Origin: a virus
Lineage: Duplodnaviria; Caudoviricetes
Length of the DNA stretch: 25,202 bases
IMG/VR virus record: IMGVR_UViG_3300012200_000017
Span: 1-25,202 of that record
Strand: one strand, 5' to 3'
Shown: in pieces, positions 15,185 to 22,221 of the stretch
Layout: every line of letters begins with the position of its first letter
How positions within the stretch are numbered: the stretch's first letter is position 1
Notes under the pieces: model-generated
What the model was told of the DNA's origin: nothing
The model's input: the letters and a program-made list of their open reading frames with translations, nothing else
The model's database searches: none
Translations under genes and position numbers: made by a program

Positions 15185-17458
15185 GTGAAGTTTTCCCTGA
15201 AAACACTCTTCTTCCTACTCCTCTTCGTCCTGCCGGCGCGGGCGCAGGTTGCCGTCACCGGGAATCTCAAGGACATCACCGGAACTAGCGTGGTGTCCAA
15301 CTCTGAAGTGGATTTTGAACTCCAAAACTACAAGGGCATCATCCCTAGAATCGCAGCCACCGGAGTAATCGCGCAGGTCAAGAAAGTCTTCAAACCGGAC
15401 AACACCGGGGCGATTCATTGCGTGGGGAGCGGTTGCACAGACACGCTGTACAGGAATATCGACGTGACCCCGACGGGCACGTTCTATAGCGTCTGCATCA
15501 TCTTCCAGGGTCAAACTCTCCGCTGCAACAACTACCTCATCAACGGCTCGTTCAACTTGAATACCGCGACGCCTCTGAACGGGACTGAGAACGTAGGCCC
15601 GGGCTCGATCTTTACCCAGTGCTTCCGGTTCGTGCAGCTCGCCGCGAACGTTACCTGGACGATCACGCACAATTTTCAGGACAACAACGTGTTCGTCGAA
15701 ACCAGCGACGCCAACGGCATTGTGACTTTCCCCGACCACGCGGACATCAGCGACCCGAACGTGACCGTCTTGACATGGATTGCCCCCCAGGCCGGTCACG
15801 CGCTGGTGTGCCATGCGGCGCAAATCAACATCGCCACTAACCAGCCTGATGCGATCGTGTCTCACCCAACTGGGTTGCAGACGATCTACATTCAGCCGCT
15901 GACGCTCACCGGAGACCTGAACGTCACGCAACTCACGACTGGAAAGTGCGTCGAGATAGCTGCAGGAGGACACCTGGTCAGCGCGGCGAATGCCTGTGGC
16001 GTGGGAGTCGGCGGGGTGACCAGCGTAGGGTTAGGCCTCCCGAAGGAATTCAACGTCAGCGGTTCGCCAGTGACCACTTCAGGAACCCTCACCGGCGCCT
16101 GGGTGCAGCCTCCATCCAGGACATTCCTCGCCGGCAATGGCGCGAATACCATCAGCGGAGTCTTCGACGTGGAAGGCTCGGGAATCTCAGGCACGGTCAA
16201 CTCCACAGCTACCGTCACGCCGACAACCTCGCACACCATGGCGTTCTTCACGACTTACAGTTCCATCAACCGTGGGTCTGGCGCTGGCCAAAGCGGGGCT
16301 CCTACTCCTCCGGCTGGATGGTCGAGCCTCGGGACGATTGGAAACAACGGTCAGTACCTCACCAAGACTTTCAGCTCCGGAGGAGCAATCACAGCGACAG
16401 AGGTGTACACAGACGCTATCGCCAACATGGCGCTAATGGTTGCCCTGAAGTATCCGAGTGGTTCACCAACTGTCAGGCAGCAGACTCATCCGAGCGGAGC
16501 CAGCGCTTTTACCGCGGTCATGCCAGGGAACACTTTGGCCGGCAGCAGTTTGTTGTTCATCCACTGCGGCCAGTCAACGAGCGGGAACGGGCAAGGCACG
16601 GCTGTGGACAATCAAGGGGACGAGTACACTCTCGTTGGCTACGTTCCGAACGGACTCTCAAGTTGCATCGCGTTCCTCAGTTCGAACATCGTGGGAGGGA
16701 CAACGCCAACCCTCACATTCTATCCGCCAGAGACGAGTTGGTGCTGTTCCGACGCTTTATTCATGGAGCTTACCGGCCTCTCGACGCAGAACAGTGACCC
16801 AGGATTCCGCAACATTCAGATTGCCGACCTTCCCATTCCTCTCAACAGCGTTCCTCCGACTTTCGCGCACAACACTTTTTGGGCTGGGCCAAGCAATGGT
16901 GCCGCTTCCCCAGATATCCCAACGGTCAGGCTTATAGCCTATGCTGACGAGCCAGGAACTACTCCTGGAGGAAACTGCACCGGCACCAACTTCATGCAGG
17001 GGGTGAGCGCCGGCAGCGTGGCCATTTGTACGGCGGCCCCATCGACTGTTGGCGTCCAAACCTTTGCCGAAAATCTTCTCAGCGGAGATGTGAGCGTAAG
17101 CGCGGCAACTCTCACTACCGTAGGCTCGCAGGCTATCACCATGCCAAGCGCTGGCTGTCCATGCCGTGTGTACATGGCTTTCGGCATGGGCTGGACCTAT
17201 ACGCTATCTGGTGCGGTGGACTTCTATGTGACAGACGGCACAAACGACTTCATCCACACGCCGACAAAATCTACTTCGGCAGGCGTTTTAGTCGGCGGGA
17301 TCAACGGTTCGGGATACACCAACGTAACTTATTCGAACGGTGCGACGGTGACGTTTACGCTGAAGGTCAAAGCTGAAAATGCAATCACCATTAGGGCTGC
17401 AGCGAACCAAGCCGGTCCGAACAGTTTTTTGCAAGTTGTGGCGCAGACCAGCAACTGA
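15185..17458 (+). CDS. Large secreted fibre/adhesin-like multidomain protein (signal peptide, 16 Cys)
   Basis: Signal peptide MKFSLKTLFFLLLFVLPARA-Q. Phage-fibre-type segments TWTITHNF, GVTSVGL...VSGSPVTTSGTL and FWAGP...PTVR. Very Gly/Ser/Thr rich. Confidence 0.75.
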   Translation: MKFSLKTLFFLLLFVLPARAQVAVTGNLKDITGTSVVSNSEVDFELQNYKGIIPRIAATGVIAQVKKVFKPDNTGAIHCVGSGCTDTLYRNIDVTPTGTFYSVCIIFQGQTLRCNNYLINGSFNLNTATPLNGTENVGPGSIFTQCFRFVQLAANVTWTITHNFQDNNVFVETSDANGIVTFPDHADISDPNVTVLTWIAPQAGHALVCHAAQINIATNQPDAIVSHPTGLQTIYIQPLTLTGDLNVTQLTTGKCVEIAAGGHLVSAANACGVGVGGVTSVGLGLPKEFNVSGSPVTTSGTLTGAWVQPPSRTFLAGNGANTISGVFDVEGSGISGTVNSTATVTPTTSHTMAFFTTYSSINRGSGAGQSGAPTPPAGWSSLGTIGNNGQYLTKTFSSGGAITATEVYTDAIANMALMVALKYPSGSPTVRQQTHPSGASAFTAVMPGNTLAGSSLLFIHCGQSTSGNGQGTAVDNQGDEYTLVGYVPNGLSSCIAFLSSNIVGGTTPTLTFYPPETSWCCSDALFMELTGLSTQNSDPGFRNIQIADLPIPLNSVPPTFAHNTFWAGPSNGAASPDIPTVRLIAYADEPGTTPGGNCTGTNFMQGVSAGSVAICTAAPSTVGVQTFAENLLSGDVSVSAATLTTVGSQAITMPSAGCPCRVYMAFGMGWTYTLSGAVDFYVTDGTNDFIHTPTKSTSAGVLVGGINGSGYTNVTYSNGATVTFTLKVKAENAITIRAAANQAGPNSFLQVVAQTSN

Positions 17459-17470
17459 GGAGTTCCAAAG

Positions 17471-18817
17471 ATGAAGCGTCTAACCCTGTTTGTTGCCTGC
17501 CTCGTTTTCGCTGGCGCATCATTCGGCAGGGACTACAGCGGGGCCTATAATCATCCCAGAATTCCGGAGCCGGTCTCGATTGAGATAACCCCACCGATCC
17601 TCGCTCAAGTGTCCGGGAACATCCGGATTCCCTCCATCTACAAGCTAGTTTTCGGTGACGTGACCAAAACCGATGTCACCATCCAGAAAACCGCCGACTG
17701 GCAAATCACAGTTGGAGGCAGCTTAATCTGCACAAAAGTTCCATGCGGAGGAGCAGGGGGCCGAATCGTCGGGCAAACCGATCCCGACTTACAAACAGCG
17801 ATCAACAATGCTGGAAACGGCGGCATAGTTACCGTGCCTCCAGGGACGGCGCTGAGTTTGACGTCCACGGTCACCATTGCCCATGCCCTGCACCTGATAA
17901 TCCAGAGCAATATCAACTCGACGGCTGACCCGATCTTCGCCATCACCGGAACCGGAGGCATTTTGATCGAGGGCGGTGGGGATGGACCGACCGGGAAACT
18001 GGTCTCCGACTCAGTTCCTACGATCACGCAGGACACCAGCGGCGCGAAGATGATGACCGTTGGTGATGGAGTGGTCGCACTTCGCGGTGGCATCGTTGAA
18101 AACCTTCGTTTCGTAGCTACGACAAATTCTGCCACCAGCACATTCCAGCTCAACGCCAACATTGGGGACTTCAAGTTCAGACACCTTTTCGTCAGCGGCG
18201 CAGGATTTGACGGTACAGCCGGGAACTACACAAGAGTGAGCTTCGATCACGTGCGCGTGGATTCGGCGCAGAACCAAGCCTGGAACTTCCAATGCGCGAT
18301 CGGATGTGTCGCTGACTGGAACAACACCTATGCGAACGCTACGGGAGGTTCCCCTGCGATCGGCTACGACATCGGGGGAGCTGGCGGGGGCACCGTTAGC
18401 TTTACCTCGTGCTACGCCGACAGCAACTCTCAGGCTTTTCGCGTAAAGGGAAACGTTCGCATCACCAACTGCGAAACGGAAGGGAACACCGGAGACGGAA
18501 TAAATATCGTCGGCGGGGGGCTCATCACCATCAGCGGCTATCGCAGCTTTCAAGATCAGTTGCCAGTCGTGATGAACGCAACTGGAGCCACGGTCATCGT
18601 GGACGGAATCAGGACGCAGGGAACAACTGGAGCGAATAGCATCACTCATCTTGCAGCCGAAGTACCAGGCGAATGGCGCGACGGCCGGCAACAGCGCCAC
18701 CTTGACGCAGTTGATCGTGGAATATCTGAACTAGGAAAACACGAAAATGAAAAAAGCACTTCTTCTTTGCGGGCTCTTAGGGCTTACCGCGATTCCTTTG
18801 TTAGGGCGAGACTATAG
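17471..18817 (+). CDS. Secreted tailspike-like protein with a right-handed beta-helix (pectin-lyase-like); the C-terminus is probably out of frame
   Basis: Signal peptide MKRLTLFVACLVFAGASFG. LQTAINNAGNGGIVTVPPG is a beta-helix cap, followed by repeats such as FTSCYADSN and ITNCETEGNTGDGINI. Confidence 0.75.
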   Translation: MKRLTLFVACLVFAGASFGRDYSGAYNHPRIPEPVSIEITPPILAQVSGNIRIPSIYKLVFGDVTKTDVTIQKTADWQITVGGSLICTKVPCGGAGGRIVGQTDPDLQTAINNAGNGGIVTVPPGTALSLTSTVTIAHALHLIIQSNINSTADPIFAITGTGGILIEGGGDGPTGKLVSDSVPTITQDTSGAKMMTVGDGVVALRGGIVENLRFVATTNSATSTFQLNANIGDFKFRHLFVSGAGFDGTAGNYTRVSFDHVRVDSAQNQAWNFQCAIGCVADWNNTYANATGGSPAIGYDIGGAGGGTVSFTSCYADSNSQAFRVKGNVRITNCETEGNTGDGINIVGGGLITISGYRSFQDQLPVVMNATGATVIVDGIRTQGTTGANSITHLAAEVPGEWRDGRQQRHLDAVDRGISELGKHENEKSTSSLRALRAYRDSFVRARL

Positions 18818-19040
18818 CGGCGCGTACAACCATCCGAAGGTTCCAGATCCGGCGCCGATCGAGATAGTGCCTCCAGTGTTTGCTCAACTTTCCGGCCAAG
18901 CCTCCGGGAACATCAGAATTCCTTCTATCTACAAATTGGTGTTCGGGGATGTAACCAAGACGGACGTCAGCATCCAGAAGACTTCCGATAACACGATCAC
19001 GGTGGACGGAAACCTGACTTGCACAGGAGCTACTTGCGGG
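17528..19040 (+). repeat. Duplicated ~75-aa N-terminal module at ~17528-17747 and ~18807-19040
   Basis: RDYSGAYNHP...IEIxPP..AQ...SGNIRIPSIYKLVFGDVTKTDVxIQKT occurs in both genes with mainly synonymous differences. Confidence 0.9.
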
Positions 19041-19880
19041 GCGGGCGCTTCGAGCATCATCGGCGGCGCAACCACACAAGTTCAATTCAACGACGCCGGA
19101 GCCTTTGCTGGCAGCTCCAAGATGACTTTTGACAAGGTGACCGGCAGCCTTGTGGTGAGCGCTACCTCTGCCGGCGACACTTATCTGTCAGTCAATGGAA
19201 CTGGTGGCCTCAATGTGCTCGAAGCTCTGGGCGGTGGTGTGAACGTAGATGCTAATTCCACCGGAGGAACGGTCAGCATCTTCACTGCTTCAGGCAACAT
19301 CGCCATGGACCCTGGAGCCACTAAGCACATAACCGTCGGAGGCCCGTCGCAAAGTAATTCAGGCCATCATCGCTACCAAGGAACTACCTCCGGATTCGCT
19401 GATTTTGGCGTAGCGGACGTTGCAGGGTCTCCAGCCCGTGTCAATCTTCCGATCGCCACTGGAGCCGCTAACTCTGTTCTTACGAGCGACGGCGGCACTC
19501 CTCAACAACTCTCTTGGAAACCAGGAACCAGAGTTCTATCGGTGAGCGATCTGGCTCCGGTAGCAGGCGACGACGGGTTGGTCCTGGTAATTGACCCGGC
19601 GAGCGCGATTCATCTGACGAGATTTTCCTGCGGAGTCCAAGGCTCTACGAGCGTAGTCGTCAACCTCGTGAAGGCTGCGACCTCGCTTATTGCCGATGCG
19701 ACCTGCACCGCGGGAGACTCGAACACCGTTGTCGTAACGACCTGGGCGAATGGAAGTTCTCAATGCGGAGGCACCTCGAGCTGCGCCGTAGCCGCGCACG
19801 CGCCGGTGACCATGCACATAGGGACCGTCACTGGCACGCCGACCGCCCTCCAGGTCAGTGTCGAGTACACGGTGGACTAA
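18747..19880 (+). CDS. Secreted fibre-like protein sharing its N-terminal module with the upstream gene
   Basis: Signal peptide MKKALLLCGLLGLTAIPLLG. Fibre motifs GGATTQVQFNDAGAFAGS and VLTSDGG..QLSW. 6 Cys in the mature part. Confidence 0.78.
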   Translation: MKKALLLCGLLGLTAIPLLGRDYSGAYNHPKVPDPAPIEIVPPVFAQLSGQASGNIRIPSIYKLVFGDVTKTDVSIQKTSDNTITVDGNLTCTGATCGAGASSIIGGATTQVQFNDAGAFAGSSKMTFDKVTGSLVVSATSAGDTYLSVNGTGGLNVLEALGGGVNVDANSTGGTVSIFTASGNIAMDPGATKHITVGGPSQSNSGHHRYQGTTSGFADFGVADVAGSPARVNLPIATGAANSVLTSDGGTPQQLSWKPGTRVLSVSDLAPVAGDDGLVLVIDPASAIHLTRFSCGVQGSTSVVVNLVKAATSLIADATCTAGDSNTVVVTTWANGSSQCGGTSSCAVAAHAPVTMHIGTVTGTPTALQVSVEYTVD

Positions 19881-20602
19881 TGAACTACCTCCGCATCGCT
19901 CTGCTACTGGCTCTGGCGAGCCTGCCTCTTCTCCCTCAGACCGTAGTCGTGAAGCACAAGGGGGGCGGCGGTGGCAGCGGCACATTCGTACAGTACGACC
20001 ATGGGGCAGGTTCGTGCTGCAACATTACCGCGACCACTTCCACAGACACCATTACTCTGACTGCTGGCAATCTTCTGGTGGTGAAGACATTAAGCGGGGA
20101 TCCCCGCAACATCATCACTGCCACTGTCACCGACACGATGGGTGACACCTTTGTCCAATCGCCTCTCAGCAGCACTTTCAACACCAATGTCTTCGGAGGG
20201 CAGCGATTCGAGATCTGGTATGCCTGGAACATTATAGGAGGCACGGGCACAGTCACGATGACTGTTGGAACTACCCCAACCTACGTAGGCATTTCCATTC
20301 TGGAGTACCACGGCGGTTGGTTGTCTGACCCGATAGACACCGGAGGCGGTGGCGTTGGGAACTCGCTGGTCTTATCATCTCTTCTGGCCAACGATTTGAT
20401 AGTGGCGTTTGGTGTCTGTACAGGCACATCAGCGCCATGGGACACGCTTACCGACAGGACAGGCACAGCAACTTATTACGAGTCAGTAAGCGGTGTTAGC
20501 GGAGGAGACACGCGCAACGTCAGTTCTGGGAACTACACGGTGAGCGCCAATTCCGTCACCGGTTTCGCGAACACCACCGCGGTAGCCTTCAAAGCTCCCT
20601 AG
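19880..20602 (+). CDS. Secreted Thr/Gly-rich beta-sandwich protein
   Basis: TAATG coupling. Signal peptide MNYLRIALLLALASLPLLP-Q followed by a GGGGGSG linker. Confidence 0.75.
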   Translation: MNYLRIALLLALASLPLLPQTVVVKHKGGGGGSGTFVQYDHGAGSCCNITATTSTDTITLTAGNLLVVKTLSGDPRNIITATVTDTMGDTFVQSPLSSTFNTNVFGGQRFEIWYAWNIIGGTGTVTMTVGTTPTYVGISILEYHGGWLSDPIDTGGGGVGNSLVLSSLLANDLIVAFGVCTGTSAPWDTLTDRTGTATYYESVSGVSGGDTRNVSSGNYTVSANSVTGFANTTAVAFKAP

Positions 20603-20611
20603 GAGAAAACC

Positions 20612-20851
20612 ATGAATCCGACGCTAAAACTGGTGCTCATCATCTCAGCGAAACATGCTGTGAACTCACTACTTGTGAACTCCGCTTTCCTCGCGCTCTT
20701 TCCGGCCACCTTTCAAATTCACACCATGGCCGGATGGCTCAACCTCCTGAAGTCTGCTTTAGCCATCATTGCCAGCCGGGAAGCGATGGTCTGGATTCCT
20801 CGCGTCCTGAAATGGACCACCACCGGTACAGAGTTACCAGGCCCCAGTTAA
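20612..20851 (+). CDS. Small hydrophobic protein, holin-like candidate
   Basis: AGGAG RBS. 79 aa with two moderately hydrophobic helices. Confidence 0.5.
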   Translation: MNPTLKLVLIISAKHAVNSLLVNSAFLALFPATFQIHTMAGWLNLLKSALAIIASREAMVWIPRVLKWTTTGTELPGPS

Positions 20852-20856
20852 CTGCA

Positions 20857-20894
20857 TTGTTGACAATACAGGGTTGCCGCGCGGTAGACTTTTG
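20857..20894 (+). promoter_or_regulatory. Putative promoter, TTGACA-N19-TAGACT (copy 2)
   Basis: TTGACA at 20860-20865 and TAGACT at 20885-20890, in the intergenic gap before the scaffold gene. Confidence 0.75.
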
Positions 20895-20902
20895 CCTGCA
20901 TT

Positions 20903-20934
20903 GTCGGAATTGGGACCGCCCCATCCGACGGAGG
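20903..20934 (+). promoter_or_regulatory. 5'-UTR hairpin abutting the scaffold-gene RBS
   Basis: GTCGGA(AT)TGGG-ACCGC-CCCATCCGAC, then GGAGG at 20930-20934 and ATG at 20939. Confidence 0.5.
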
Positions 20935-20938
20935 CTAG

Positions 20939-22207
20939 ATGGCTAGTCCCACCAACTCACTCGAAACCAGTTTGAACAATACCGGCTTCACCCCTGATGC
21001 AAACGAAGAGGAAACCGCTTCCTCCGCTGCAGCAGAGACAGCCGAAACCGAAGAGTCCACCTCCGAAGAAACCGCCGAAGAAACCCGCGAAGAAGGCGCT
21101 GAGGAAGGTTCAGAAGAATCAACCTCCTCTGAAACTGCGGAGGGAGACGAAGCCGCGGCTGAAGAAGAGCAACCGCAGGGATACGACTTGATGCTGCCAA
21201 ACCAGCAGCTAAAGAACTATCCGGACGAGCTCTACCAGTTGGCAGCGAAGAAATTCGGTGTAGATGCAGCCCTGCTTGAGAACAAATCGGTTAAGGACCT
21301 CCTGAAAGGAAAGATCAACGCTGACATCGAGATCCGTAATCTCCGCGACCGGATGGACACCGGGGCGGAAGAAGATGAGGCGGTGGCGGAAGACGAGGAG
21401 CAGCCGGCCCGGGCGGCGGCAGAACCTGTTGCCATTTCCCCGGAACAGCAACTCCAAGCAACACTGAACCTTCTGCGCCACGGTCCCGACGGGAATACTC
21501 CAATCATCACGAGGGAAGGCTCGAAACTCTACGCTTCGACATTGACGGATGCCTACACGGATATGCAGACCGCGCTAGAATCCGGCGATCAGAAGAAGAT
21601 AGACGACGCAAGCGTGAAACTCACTGAGACTCACGCGGCCTTCGCCACGTCGATGTTTGCGAATATCGTCCCGGCACTTCTTCCGTACATGCTCAAGAGT
21701 ATGCCCTCGGAACTCTGGGATGGCATTGTCGGTGGAAAACTTGAGCAACGCGAGGAGATGAGGGAAACCCACCTGTCTGCACGCGAGATGCTTGCAAAGG
21801 ACCCGCGCTATACCGACCTACCGCAGATGGTGAAGTCGCGCCAAATCTATAACTTCGTCAAGGAGAATCCTGAAATCCTGGAGAAGAGGTTTGTGGACCA
21901 GGAAGGACGGCGGATTACAGACCCGGTGAAACTCGAAATGGCGAGATACCGGTATGTAGTCAACCAGATCCGCGGTCAGAACTACCGGCCGCCAATCGAG
22001 ATGGTCAAGAAGGGCATGGATGCAGGGAAGCGCCAGGCCGCTGTTTTGGCAGAGAAGAAAGCCAACGGCAAGTTGAGCACCGGGCGCACGCGCGGGAACA
22101 TGGGTGGCACTACAGACAGGTACGCACCGAAGGAGTGGGCAGAGCGCATGAAGCGGGCTTCTGACGCCGCTAACCCACTGGGCGCGTTCCTGGACAACAC
22201 GAAATAG
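20939..22207 (+). CDS. Putative capsid scaffolding protein
   Basis: Very acidic low-complexity N-terminus, helical core and basic C-terminus. Directly upstream of the MCP. Confidence 0.7.
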   Translation: MASPTNSLETSLNNTGFTPDANEEETASSAAAETAETEESTSEETAEETREEGAEEGSEESTSSETAEGDEAAAEEEQPQGYDLMLPNQQLKNYPDELYQLAAKKFGVDAALLENKSVKDLLKGKINADIEIRNLRDRMDTGAEEDEAVAEDEEQPARAAAEPVAISPEQQLQATLNLLRHGPDGNTPIITREGSKLYASTLTDAYTDMQTALESGDQKKIDDASVKLTETHAAFATSMFANIVPALLPYMLKSMPSELWDGIVGGKLEQREEMRETHLSAREMLAKDPRYTDLPQMVKSRQIYNFVKENPEILEKRFVDQEGRRITDPVKLEMARYRYVVNQIRGQNYRPPIEMVKKGMDAGKRQAAVLAEKKANGKLSTGRTRGNMGGTTDRYAPKEWAERMKRASDAANPLGAFLDNTK

Positions 22208-22221
22208 CTCCAAGAGGGGAA

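Noticed and set aside
15185-20602. Host assignment (for example Acidobacteria) from signal-peptide style and GC content
   Set aside because: This is suggestive only. No host marker gene, attachment site or spacer match is available in the window.
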